Part shown: positions 31,141 through 41,600 of the stretch, piece after piece
How positions within the stretch are numbered: position 1 is the first letter of the stretch
How the letters are laid out: each line of letters begins with the position of its first letter
Assembly: GCA_039180185.1 (NCBI GenBank)
Contig: JBCDDS010000004.1
Span: forward strand, 3,309 to 67,308
DNA from: Pseudomonadota bacterium
GTDB lineage: Bacteria > Pseudomonadota > Alphaproteobacteria > Rhodobacterales > Rhodobacteraceae
DNA length: 64,000 nucleotides
Direction of reading: 5' to 3'
Notes under the pieces: generated by a model
What the model was told of the DNA's origin: nothing
The model's input: only the letters and a program-made list of their open reading frames with translations
Database searches by the model: none
Made by a program: the position numbers and the translations under genes

Positions 31141-32420
31141 TCGGCGGCCTCAATGCGTGGCGGTTCAGGGAACATCGCTAGGAAATCGAGCGGATCGCGC
31201 CCATGGCGGTCAACCAGTGGGGTCAGCTCTTCTGGGTCATGATCGTCGTAAATTTCGGTGATGTCGTAGACAGTATTACGCCGCACCGGCACGCGACCCG
31301 CTGCGCGGATGATGTCGCAAAGCTCTTTGGCAGTGATCTCTTGACCATGCTTGGACCCTGCAGCGCGGCTGATGCTTTCGTTCATCAACGTGCCGCCCAG
31401 GTCATTGACTCCTCGGGTCAGCATTTGTTGAGCTTTCTCTGCGCCGAGTTTTGTCCAACTGACCTGGATGTTGTCGATATGCCCGGCGAGCATGATCCGC
31501 GCAACAGCGTGCATCTTTTCCACCTCATCCGTGGTCGGGCCGGGGCGGACTTTACCTGGATTGTCGCGATAAAGCGGTGAATCTGAATGCACAAAGGAAA
31601 GCGGCACCAGCTCTGTGAAACCGCCTGTGTCTCTTTGTATCGAACGCAACAGGCTAAGATGTGTGGCCCAATGCTCGGGCCCGTCGATATGGCCGTACAT
31701 GATCGTGGCCGATGTGCGAATGCCCAGCTCGTGGGCGGTGCGGATAATATCGACCCAGGCCTCAGCGGAGAGCTTATTCTTGGTCAGTTGTCGGCGGATG
31801 TCTGTGTCGAGGATTTCGGCCGCTGTTCCCGGCATGGAGCCAAGCCCTGCCGCCTTAAGTTCAGTCAGATGATCACGGTAGCTGATTTTTTGCTTAGATG
31901 CGCCGTACCAAATCTCGAAGGGCGAGTAGGCGTGCACATGCATATCAGGAAGGGCAGTCTTTATTGTTTCGATCAGTTCACGATAAAACGTCCCTGGCAA
32001 TTTCGGATGTAACCCGCCTTGGATACATACCTCTGTGCCGCCTCGATCCCATGCTTCCTGTGCGCGTTCGGTTACTTCTACAGGGGAAAGCCATTCCGCA
32101 GCTGGGTCGTCGGCTCGTTTGGCAAATCCGCAGAAACGACAGCCCATGTAGCAGATGTTGGTGAAATTGATGTTCCGGTTGACGACGAAACTCACAAAAT
32201 TACCGCTGGCGCGCATCCGCAGCGCATCGGACACCATGAACACCGCTTCGCGGTCTGCGCCCTGTGTTTTGAAGAGTATAACCGCTTCTGTCTCGGTGAT
32301 GTCGCGTCGGCCCTCCAGAGCAGTGTCGAGAATACGTCTGACCTGCGAGGATACTTCACCTTGCGGCACAGCGGCGCTGGCAGCGCGGTAAATGTCGACG
32401 ATGGGAACTGGCGCGTTCAT
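31137..32420 (-). CDS. cofH: FO synthase subunit 2 (radical SAM)
   Basis: NRNINFTNICYMGCRFCGF, EVCIQGG, SMPGTAAEIL, NIQVSW.K, DLGGTLMNESISRAAG. Confidence 0.95.
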   Translation of the reverse strand: MNAPVPIVDIYRAASAAVPQGEVSSQVRRILDTALEGRRDITETEAVILFKTQGADREAVFMVSDALRMRASGNFVSFVVNRNINFTNICYMGCRFCGFAKRADDPAAEWLSPVEVTERAQEAWDRGGTEVCIQGGLHPKLPGTFYRELIETIKTALPDMHVHAYSPFEIWYGASKQKISYRDHLTELKAAGLGSMPGTAAEILDTDIRRQLTKNKLSAEAWVDIIRTAHELGIRTSATIMYGHIDGPEHWATHLSLLRSIQRDTGGFTELVPLSFVHSDSPLYRDNPGKVRPGPTTDEVEKMHAVARIMLAGHIDNIQVSWTKLGAEKAQQMLTRGVNDLGGTLMNESISRAAGSKHGQEITAKELCDIIRAAGRVPVRRNTVYDITEIYDDHDPEELTPLVDRHGRDPLDFLAMFPEPPRIEAAE

Positions 32421-33535
32421 AAAGGCACCTGTGTGCGGGCGAGCCCGTCTACTGCGGCCATTTCGGTGATCCGTACTTGCATGGCTTCGCTGACAAAACC
32501 GGTGCCTTCGCGCAGGAAGTCGGGGTAAATCGTCAGTCGCTCCTTGAGTTCAAAGCCAGCGGAGGAACAGGACGCCGCGAGCGCATCAATTTCGGGCCAA
32601 GCATGCTGAGGGTTTATGAAATCAATCGTTACCGGGGAAATTCCGCCCCAATCATTCAGCCCGGCTTTGAGATAGGCGATATGCCTCTCGCTAAGATTTG
32701 GCGGGGCTTGCAGACTGATCTCTGGCGCAAGGATTAGACGTGCTGCCGCAATGGTGCGTAACATGTCCTTCAACGTAGGCTCTGGATGGCCGGCCATCGC
32801 GATATCTGGCTTGCGCTGAAAATTCTGGATAATGACTTCCTGGATGTGGCCATACTTTAGGTGCATAGCATTGATCTTGTGCAGTGCTTCGATGCGCTCT
32901 TCCCAGGTCTCTCCAATACCGATGAGCAAGCCCGTGGTGAAGGGTACGTGTGCCTTGCCAGCACGCTCGAGTGTGCGTAGCCTCTGCAATGGAACTTTGT
33001 CTGGGCATGCGTAATGCGGCCCTCCACGCCGGGTGAGACGTCGGCTCGAGGTTTCCAACATCATTCCCATCGATGCCGAGACAGGGCGCAACATGTCGAT
33101 TTCTTCCGTCGACAAAGTGCCCGCGTTTACGTGCGGCAATAGGGTTGTTTCACGCAGCACCAGCGCGCACATATCGCGCAAGTAGTCCGTCATGCGCGAA
33201 TACCCCAATCGCGCCAACGCTGCTTTCGCCGCCTCATACCGCTCTTCTGGCTTTTCGCCGAGGCTGAAGAGGAGCTCCTTACAGCCTGTCTGTTCACCTT
33301 TCTTTGCTGTGCGCAAAACCTGATCAGGTGTCATAATCCGTGCGGCAGGCGAGGAGGGATGTTTGACAAAGGTGCAGTAGCCACAGGTGTCGCGGCACAT
33401 ATTGGTCAGTGGAACAAAGACTTTGCGTGAGTAAGTTACGACCTTCCCCCAATGCGCATCACGAACTGCGCTTGCACTTGCGAGCAAGGCGTCGGTCGGC
33501 GTCTTAGGATCGAGGAGGTCGATCATATCGCTCAT
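32417..33535 (-). CDS. cofG: FO synthase subunit 1 (radical SAM)
   Basis: TYSRKVFVPLTNMCRDTCGYCTF, CPDK.P, FTTGLLIGIGE, QAPPNL, DWGGISP.T.D. Confidence 0.95.
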   Translation of the reverse strand: MSDMIDLLDPKTPTDALLASASAVRDAHWGKVVTYSRKVFVPLTNMCRDTCGYCTFVKHPSSPAARIMTPDQVLRTAKKGEQTGCKELLFSLGEKPEERYEAAKAALARLGYSRMTDYLRDMCALVLRETTLLPHVNAGTLSTEEIDMLRPVSASMGMMLETSSRRLTRRGGPHYACPDKVPLQRLRTLERAGKAHVPFTTGLLIGIGETWEERIEALHKINAMHLKYGHIQEVIIQNFQRKPDIAMAGHPEPTLKDMLRTIAAARLILAPEISLQAPPNLSERHIAYLKAGLNDWGGISPVTIDFINPQHAWPEIDALAASCSSAGFELKERLTIYPDFLREGTGFVSEAMQVRITEMAAVDGLARTQVPL

Positions 33536-33562
33536 ACTAATGTCGTCATTTCCCGTATGATC

Positions 33563-33591
33563 ATGATTGAGGCGAAGGGGCAGGCTGTCAA
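33563..33591 (-). promoter_or_regulatory. Putative sigma70 promoter of the cof operon
   Basis: Minus strand TTGACA-N17-AATCAT, with the -10 element ending about 28 bp upstream of the cofG ATG. Confidence 0.6.
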
Positions 33592-33597
33592 TAAATT

Positions 33598-33613
33598 TTG
33601 ACTATCTGGTCAA
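33598..33613. promoter_or_regulatory. RutR-like operator
   Basis: TTGACTATCTGGTCAA versus the E. coli RutR consensus TTGACCAnnTGGTCAA (1 mismatch), with symmetric AT-rich flanks ATAAAT/ATTTAT. Confidence 0.7.
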
Positions 33614-33708
33614 ATTTATTGCGAAAGAGCCTAGAAAAATTCGTCATTGCACTCGAATTAGGCAACCTGCTTGACTTTAGTTTGGACATGCGAGACAAGC
33701 TGGCTAAA

Positions 33709-33729
33709 TTGGTAAAATAAATTTACCAA
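33709..33729. promoter_or_regulatory. GntR/FadR-like operator upstream of lldD-dld
   Basis: Perfect inverted repeat TTGGTAAA-ATAAA-TTTACCAA, 18 bp before the lldD start. Confidence 0.65.
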
Positions 33730-33747
33730 AATATTCAGGAGTGCGCT

Positions 33748-34908
33748 ATGGGCCTCGACAGCTGCTACAATTTCCAACAGTTCCGAAAACTCGCCAAACG
33801 GCGTCTGCCCGGACCGATCTTCCACTACATCGATGGCGCAGCCGATGACGAACTGACCTATAGGCGCAATACTGAGGCCTATGATGATGTAGATTTGGTG
33901 CCGAATGTTCTGGCCGGCGTGGAAGAGGTCGACATGAGCGTTGAGGTCATGGGCCAGAAGCTTGACATGCCTCTTTATTGCGCACCCACGGCTCTGCAGC
34001 GTCTCTTTCATCATGAAGGAGAGCGGGCAGTGGCGCAGGCTGCCACAAAGTTTGGCACTATGTTCGGTGTGTCCTCGCTAGCCACGGTGACGGTCGAAGA
34101 GATCGCAAAGCTCGCACCAGGCCCGAAGATGTTCCAGTTTTATTTTCACAAGGACCGCGGTTTGAACGACGCGCTTTTGGAACGCGCAAAGGCGGCTAAG
34201 TTCGAGGTCATGGCGCTTACCGTAGACACAATCACTGGAGGCAACCGCGAACGCGATCTCCGCACAGGATTTACTTCGCCACCGAAGCTCACTCCGGCCT
34301 CGCTGTTCAGCTTCGCCACCCATCCGATGTGGGCCTGGAACTTCCTGACCAAAGAGAAATTCGATATGCCGCATCTCTCAGGCTATGTCAGCGAAGGCAC
34401 CAACCTGGCGGTGTCAGTGGGGCAGTACTTTTCCTCCATGCTGGATCAGTCGATGAACTGGAAAGATGCGGAAGAACTTTGCAAGAAATGGGACGGGCAG
34501 TTCGCACTTAAGGGCATAATGAGTGTTGAGGATGCTAAACGCGCGGTCGATATTGGGTGTACAGGCATCATGGTTTCTAACCATGGCGGTCGGCAGCTCG
34601 ACGGCTCCCGCGCACCGTTTGATCAACTGGCCGAGATTTGCGACGCCGTGGGCGATAAGATCGATGTGGTCTGCGAAGGTGGCATTCAGCGTGGTACGCA
34701 CGTGCTTAAGGCACTTTCGGTTGGTGCAAAGGCATGTTCCGGCGGACGACTTTATCTTTATGCGCTTGCTGCAGCAGGACAGGCGGGCGTTGAAAAGACA
34801 CTCTCAAACTTCCGCACAGAGATCGAACGCGATATGAAACTGATGGGAATTACCAAGCTAGATCAGCTAAGTCGTGAGAACTTGCGGTTCCACAATCGTA
34901 GCCACTAG
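33748..34908 (+). CDS. lldD: FMN-dependent alpha-hydroxy acid dehydrogenase (L-lactate dehydrogenase-like)
   Basis: YIDGAA.DE.T, LTVD, GNRERD, LKGI, SNHGGRQLD. Confidence 0.85.
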   Translation: MGLDSCYNFQQFRKLAKRRLPGPIFHYIDGAADDELTYRRNTEAYDDVDLVPNVLAGVEEVDMSVEVMGQKLDMPLYCAPTALQRLFHHEGERAVAQAATKFGTMFGVSSLATVTVEEIAKLAPGPKMFQFYFHKDRGLNDALLERAKAAKFEVMALTVDTITGGNRERDLRTGFTSPPKLTPASLFSFATHPMWAWNFLTKEKFDMPHLSGYVSEGTNLAVSVGQYFSSMLDQSMNWKDAEELCKKWDGQFALKGIMSVEDAKRAVDIGCTGIMVSNHGGRQLDGSRAPFDQLAEICDAVGDKIDVVCEGGIQRGTHVLKALSVGAKACSGGRLYLYALAAAGQAGVEKTLSNFRTEIERDMKLMGITKLDQLSRENLRFHNRSH

Positions 34909-34935
34909 CCGCGAGGCCAACGCAAGGACGTTCAC

Positions 34936-36621
34936 ATGTCCAACGCCCAATTGATCGATCAACTCACCCGCATTGTTGGGCAGGGTTATGTCATTACGAA
35001 ACCGCGCGCGATGGAGCGGTTTTGCAAGGGTTATCGGTCAGGGCAGGGTAAGGCGATAGCCGTGGTGCAACCCGGCACGCTATTGGAACAGTGGCGCGTG
35101 CTTCAGGCCTGTGTGGCAGCGGACAAGATCGTCATCATGCAAGCGGCCAATACAGGGCTTACGGAAGGTTCGGCGCCCAGCGGGGAATATGACCGCGACG
35201 TGGTGGTGATCAGTACGCTACGCATGGATCTGATTCATGTGGTAAAAAGCGGCCATCAGGTGATCACGCTACCAGGCTCGACGCTATTTTCGCTAGAAAA
35301 ACAACTGGCGCCTCTGGGGCGCCTGCCGCACTCGGTGATCGGTTCGTCCTGTATCGGCGCCTCAATCATGGGCGGGGTGTGTAACAATTCCGGGGGCTCG
35401 TTGATCGAACGCGGGCCATCGTACACAGAGCTTTCGGTCTATGCTCAGATCACCGAAGATGGGCGGCTTAAGCTGGTCAATCATCTGGGGGTCGATCTTG
35501 GCGAGGACCCGGAAGAGATACTCACCCGATTACAGGCGGGCGACTTTTCCGAAGACGATTTTGAAGATAGCAACGCCAAAGCCTCAGACACAGAGTATCA
35601 GCAGCGGGTGCGCGACGTGGATGCAGAAAGCCCCGCGCGGTTCAATGCAGATCCGCGCCGTTTGTATGAGGCGTCAGGCTGTGCAGGCAAGCTCGCTGTG
35701 TTTGCCGCGCGGCTCGATACTTATCCTAAAAATGAGGCGGAAAAGACGTTTTATATCGCGACCAATGACACGGGCGTTTTGACGAAACTGCGCCGCGATA
35801 TGCTGCGCGATTTCAAGACGCTGCCGGTCTCCGCGGAATACATGCATGCCGAGGCCTACGACATCTCAAAAACCTTCGGTAAAGATACTCTGGTGATGAT
35901 CGATAAGCTTGGCACTGACCGTCTTCCATCAATCTTCGCCGCCAAGGGCTTTTTCGATGCACAGTTCGGCAAGATGCCGTTTTTGCCTAGAAATCTTACC
36001 GACCGGGTGATGCAGGTGATTTCGAAACTTTGGCCCAATCCGTTGCCGAAACGGATGGAGGCATTTCGGGACCGTTTTGAACACCACCTGATACTGAAAA
36101 TGCGCGATGGAGGGATCGCGGAGGCAGAGGATTATCTCAAAAAGGAGTTCGACGGGAAAGGCGCAGACTGGTTTGCCTGTGATGCGCGGGAGGCCAAGAT
36201 CGCAGGGCTTCACCGCTTTGCTGCAGCAGGGGCAGCGGTGCGTTACATGGCGGTGAATGAGGGCAGGGTGGCCGACATCATCGCATTGGACATTGCGCTG
36301 AGGCGTAATGACGAGGAGTGGTTTGAGGTGCTGCCGGAAGAGATCGAGGCGGCGATTGAGCATAAGCTATATTACGGGCATTTCTTCTGCCACGTGCTGC
36401 ACCAGGACTATGTGGTGAAACAAGGTCACGATCCGGCAAAGATCAAGCGTAAGATGCTGGAATTGCTGGACCAGCGCGGGGCGAAATACCCAGCCGAACA
36501 CAATGTGGGGCACCTCTATCCGGCCGAGCAGGGGCTCGCGGCGTTCTACAAAGAGTGCGATCCAACCAATAGCCTCAACCCGGGGCTTGGCAAAATGTCA
36601 AAGGTCAAGAACTACGCTTAA
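34936..36621 (+). CDS. dld: Quinone-dependent D-lactate dehydrogenase
   Basis: QAANTGLTEGS.P, PHSVIGSSCIGAS, NNSGG, YYGHF.CHV.HQDY, YPAEHNVGHLY. Confidence 0.93.
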   Translation: MSNAQLIDQLTRIVGQGYVITKPRAMERFCKGYRSGQGKAIAVVQPGTLLEQWRVLQACVAADKIVIMQAANTGLTEGSAPSGEYDRDVVVISTLRMDLIHVVKSGHQVITLPGSTLFSLEKQLAPLGRLPHSVIGSSCIGASIMGGVCNNSGGSLIERGPSYTELSVYAQITEDGRLKLVNHLGVDLGEDPEEILTRLQAGDFSEDDFEDSNAKASDTEYQQRVRDVDAESPARFNADPRRLYEASGCAGKLAVFAARLDTYPKNEAEKTFYIATNDTGVLTKLRRDMLRDFKTLPVSAEYMHAEAYDISKTFGKDTLVMIDKLGTDRLPSIFAAKGFFDAQFGKMPFLPRNLTDRVMQVISKLWPNPLPKRMEAFRDRFEHHLILKMRDGGIAEAEDYLKKEFDGKGADWFACDAREAKIAGLHRFAAAGAAVRYMAVNEGRVADIIALDIALRRNDEEWFEVLPEEIEAAIEHKLYYGHFFCHVLHQDYVVKQGHDPAKIKRKMLELLDQRGAKYPAEHNVGHLYPAEQGLAAFYKECDPTNSLNPGLGKMSKVKNYA

Positions 36622-36629
36622 GCGAGATT

Positions 36630-38357
36630 TCAAGCGTTCTCTGCCAGGCCATCGAGGCTTGCGTCCGAAATTCCTTCAAGCTTCGGCATAAGCTCTAGCA
36701 GCTCACGCGTATAAGCTTGCTGCGGGGATTCAAAAAGAGCCTCTGTCTTTTGCAATTCCACAAGCTTGCCGTCTTTGACCACCGCGACCCGATCGCACAT
36801 TTGGCGCACCACTGGTAAGTCGTGGCTGATGAAGAGCATGGTAAGGCCCAGGTGCTCCTGAATATCTTTCAGAATGTTCAGTATTTGCGCCTGGATGGAG
36901 ACGTCCAGAGCACTTGTAGGTTCGTCGCAGATCAGGAACTCAGGTTGTGTAGCTAGAGCGCGGGCGATGGAAATACGCTGACGTTGGCCGCCAGAAAATT
37001 CATGGGGGTATTTGAGGCCCGCCTCTGAGCCCAGCCCAACGCGTTCCAGCAATTCATCGACACGTTTGGTTACCGCGGCACCGGACAGCAGCTTATGATG
37101 CAGGATCGGCTCAGCCACGATGTGATCGACACGCATCCGCGGATTAAGAGAGGAGTAGGGATCCTGAAAGATCATTTGGATCTTGCGCCGGAAATCCTCT
37201 TGGGCTTTGGCGTCGCTTTTGTCACTGACAACCTTGCCGTCAAAATGGACCTCGCCGCCATCCACGTCGTAAAGCCCGCAGATCATCCTGGCGATTGTCG
37301 ATTTGCCGGAACCAGACTCGCCCACAACGCCAAAGACCTCGCCAGGCATGATATCAAAGCTCACATCATCGACGGCGGTGAAATACTGCCGTGCCCAGGG
37401 CAGAATGCTGCGCTTCATCACGAAGCGTTTGGTAAGGTTGCGTGCCTCAACAAGCGGCTTAGCCGGATCGCGCGATACCGGATGCCAGTCGCGACTTAGA
37501 TCGTCTATGGCAAATCGGGTGGAGCGACCGCCATAACTGATCTGAGGGAAGCGCTTGAGCTTCACACTGGGCCGCGGCACCGCGGCGATCAGTGATTTGG
37601 TATACTCGTGCTGCGGGTTACCAATGATCTGCTCTGTCAGACCTGTTTCAACCACCTCACCCATATACATAACGGTCACCCGGTCCGTTGTGTCGGCAAT
37701 CACGCCGATATCATGGGTGATTAGGATTACGCCGACCTGCCGCTCTCTTGCGAGCTCCTTGATCAGCTCAAGAATCTGTGCCTGTACCGAAACATCGAGC
37801 GCTGTCGTCGGCTCGTCTGCAATTATCACTTCGGGATCCGAGCAAAGCGCCAACGCAATAACGACGCGCTGGCGCATACCGCCGGAGAACTGATGCGGGT
37901 ATTGGTCGAGCCTCTCTTCGGCATTCGGTATGCCCACGCGGTCAATCAGATTACGCGCGCGCTCATTGGCTTCTGCCTTCGAGACATCGAGGTTTTCAAG
38001 GATCGTTTCCACCAACTGTTCGCGCACGGTGAAGAGGGGGTTGAGACTTGTCAGCGGGTCCTGGAAGATCATGCTGATCCGCCGGCCGCGCAGGCTGCGC
38101 ATCGCGTCTCGGTCAAGTCCGTTTATAACGCTTCCCTGAAAGTCAATTTCGCCTCCCGAAATCCGACCTGGTCGCTCCAAAAGCCCCATAACAGCTGAGC
38201 CTATAGTGGATTTGCCAGCACCTGATTCCCCTACGAGACCGTGAATTTGCCCCGGTTCAACCGTCAGGTCGGCCCCATTCACCGCCACGAAAACACCCTT
38301 CCGGTGTGGGAATTCGACGGTCAAGTTGGCGATATCCAGTAACGTCATGTGGTTCAC
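36630..38357 (-). CDS. Fused double-domain peptide/nickel-type ABC transporter ATPase
   Basis: Two GESG.GKS Walker A motifs, FSGGM/QRQR signatures, DEPT.ALDVS. Confidence 0.92.
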   Translation of the reverse strand: MNHMTLLDIANLTVEFPHRKGVFVAVNGADLTVEPGQIHGLVGESGAGKSTIGSAVMGLLERPGRISGGEIDFQGSVINGLDRDAMRSLRGRRISMIFQDPLTSLNPLFTVREQLVETILENLDVSKAEANERARNLIDRVGIPNAEERLDQYPHQFSGGMRQRVVIALALCSDPEVIIADEPTTALDVSVQAQILELIKELARERQVGVILITHDIGVIADTTDRVTVMYMGEVVETGLTEQIIGNPQHEYTKSLIAAVPRPSVKLKRFPQISYGGRSTRFAIDDLSRDWHPVSRDPAKPLVEARNLTKRFVMKRSILPWARQYFTAVDDVSFDIMPGEVFGVVGESGSGKSTIARMICGLYDVDGGEVHFDGKVVSDKSDAKAQEDFRRKIQMIFQDPYSSLNPRMRVDHIVAEPILHHKLLSGAAVTKRVDELLERVGLGSEAGLKYPHEFSGGQRQRISIARALATQPEFLICDEPTSALDVSIQAQILNILKDIQEHLGLTMLFISHDLPVVRQMCDRVAVVKDGKLVELQKTEALFESPQQAYTRELLELMPKLEGISDASLDGLAENA

Positions 38358-38632
38358 CCCAAAACCAATTGCACTGCGATTATCCTGAAATAATCATGCA
38401 AAACACAATACTTAAATCTAGAAAGTGTCTTTGTTTAAAGGTTTAAACCAAGTATTCTTGATATGCAGCATTTGGCTATAGCTGCATGCTTGAATTTAAG
38501 ACTCTTTCTAGGTATGTCAGGCTTCCTGACGTTTGATGATGGTTGAATACCTCGATTTTTGGTATTCTTACGTACCCGCCGGACCGGTTTGCGCTATGTA
38601 AGCGAGACCAGAGATAGCAACCCAACAAGGCC

Positions 38633-41600
38633 GTGCCTTTGAAAGATGACCTGAACCCTTTCGGTCTTTATGACCCCGAGCTTGAGCACAGCGCGTGTGG
38701 CGTTGGCTTTTTGACGCGTAAAGATGGGGTGCAGACCCATGATTTGCTGCGCAAGGGCCATGAAGCGCTTTGTGCGGTGCCGCATCGGGGAGGGATGTCG
38801 TCTGAGGGTGTCGGCGATGGGGCTGGTGTTTCAGTTGACCTATCATTGGAGTTTTTTAGCAAGCTGACCGGCAAATTGCTGGAAAAGGGCGCTTTCGGCG
38901 TGGGCAATTTCTTTATGCCTGCTGATGTTGACGCCAACGAAGAGGCCAGCGTGCGCATCTCTGACGCGCTTTTTGAAGCTGGATTCAAAATTTTGATGGT
39001 GCGCGATCTGCCGGTCAATACGGATGCGATTGGTGCGCGGTCCGAAAAGTGGCAACTCGCGATCCGACAGTGGATATTCGAGGCACCCGACGATGTGCGA
39101 GGCGCAGCGTTGGATGCTCGCATTCATCAAGTTTTGCTCGATATTGAGGCAGTCGCATACACCAAACCGCAGCTTGACGGCCTTTATCCGCTCTCTTTGT
39201 CCTCGCGCATGCAGGTCTTCAAAGGACGGCTGAATTCTTGGGAAATAATTCCTTACTTCGAAGACCTTTCCGATCCAGCCCATGCCGTGCATACGATGTA
39301 TTTTCACACACGGTTTTCAACCAATACTGATCCGCACCCGTCCATGGCGCAGCCTTTTCGGTTGATGGCACACAATGGTGAGTTGAATACGGATAAGAAG
39401 AACCGCCTGTCAGAGGCGGCCATCGCTTTGGCGCGGAACAAATCGATCGTGCGACCGAAGGGCCAATCGGACAGCTGTCGCCTTGATCAGACGCTGAATT
39501 CCCGCGTTTTTGAAGAAGGTCTTGATCTGGTAACGGCGGTCGTTGCGATGATGCCGCCTGCCTGGGAAAACGATACTAGGATTTCGCCGCAAGTTCGAGC
39601 AATGCTTGAGTACTTCTCTCTTTCCGAGGAAAAAAATGATGGCCCTGCCGCGCTGATATTTGGTGATGGTGACATCATTGGTGCGCGCCTTGACCGGCTC
39701 GGTCTTCGTCCGTTGCGCATGGTGGAAACCGATGAATATTTGACCGTTATGTCAGAGGCGGGTCAGGTGAATTTCCCACCTGAGACAGTTCTGCGCCGGG
39801 GCCGCGTCGAGGCGGGCGGGATGATCTATTACAATCACGCTGAGCAGAAGACGTACGAGACCGAAGACGCGTTGGAAATGCTAGCGGCTAAGGAGGATTA
39901 TGCCTCCTTATTGGCTGAGGCGCAGGTCAATATCGATAGTCTCCCCTCGGCTGATGCCGACCCAAAGCTCGCCGCGACTCGGTACTTCGGCGACATGAAA
40001 ACGCCTGCCCGCTATGTGGCGTATACCCACAATCAGGAAAGCTTCAAATTCCTGATGGACCCGATGCTGCAAACCGGTGTCGAGAAGGTCTCTGCAATGG
40101 GATATGGCAATGCAATCAATGCTTTGTCGGATAACGAAGGTGGCGTCGCAAAGTATTTCAGTCAACGGTTTGCACAGGTCACAAACCCACCGCTCGACTC
40201 CATTCGCGAAGCCGACGGGATGACATTGCGTGTGGCGCTTGGTGAAAAGCCGCATTTGGGACAATCCCGGAGTAAGCAGATCGTGGTGAATACCCCGATT
40301 TTACGGATGTCGGATGTTCTGAAAATCAAGGCACAGAAAGAAACGCCTTGGGAGCGTTTTGATATTCTTTATGAGCCGGTTTTTGGCGATCCGGATGCAA
40401 ATGAAGACGCGCTGGTGTCCACCATTGACGAGGTGGCCAATGAGGTTGTGAAATTTGCAAGGGAAAAGGGTGGTATTGCGATACTGACCGACCGACACAT
40501 TTCCAAAGCGCGAGCTGCTATCCCAATGTCCTTGGCAATTTCTGCTATTAACCAAAGACTTATTGAGGAAGGTTTACGTTTAAAAGTTTCGCTTCTGGCC
40601 GAAAGTGGTCAGATCGCATCATCGCATCATATTGCCTGCGCATTGGGTTTTGGAGCCTCCGCCGTTTATCCACTTGGCGTACGCTTACGTGCTGAAGAAC
40701 AGTTCGGTGAGAAAGCGACCGAAGCCTATTACAAGTACCAAAAGGCGGCTGAAAAAGCTTTGATGAAAACCATGGGTAAGGTCGGTCTTTGCACGGTGGA
40801 GAGCTATTCCGGCGGCGAGTTTTTTGAACCCAACTTTCTAGACACCAATGATCCGGTGTTTCGGAAATATCTGCCGAATATGAAAACGGTCGTGGGTGGC
40901 GTGAGGTTCAATACCATCGCCCAATCAGTGGCCGATTGGCATGAGCGCGCGCTCAGTGTTGAAGGTGATGCCGATATCCCAATCCTTGGCCTTTTCAAAG
41001 AGCGCTCCGAGGGCGCAGGGCACAGTTATGGTACTACAGCGGTGCGTGGCTTTGTTGACCTCACAGAAGAACCGATCAGCTTTGCCACTGACGAAAACAT
41101 CGATGGTGAAACAGATCCTTTCCGCTTGCTCACATTGCGGCAAATGGATGACGCTTTTGGCATTGATGACAGCGGCTATGTTAACACGAGCTTTGAAAAG
41201 CTAAGCTCTGAAAAGATTGATGAATTTAAGATCACGCCAGGCTATCGCGCATTTAGCCGCGCCATGGCGGAAGAGCGCAACAAACGTCCTGCAGCTTTGC
41301 GCGATGTGCTCGCATTTCCAGCGGATATCACCTTCCTAGATGCCGTTGAAGACATCAAAAAGGAAATGATGTTGTTCAATCGTGCGGGCAACGTAGATTT
41401 CGTTATTCGCGGCGTCGATTGTGAAGCGTTGGGTAATGATGAGTTTCTGCTGCGTTTAACTGGTCCGAAGGCGGACGTCATGGGTCGTTTGGATGCCTTG
41501 GCGCAATCGCTTGTTGAACGGTTCGCTACGGACATCGAAGGGCACCACATTACTAAAGGCGCGCTGAAAGTGGCCGCGAAGGGTTGGGCGCTCGATTATC

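Noticed and set aside
33709-33729. Second RutR site
   Set aside because: Half-sites are in the opposite orientation and spacing (TTGGTAAA-N5-TTTACCAA), which fits a GntR/FadR-type operator for the lactate genes better.
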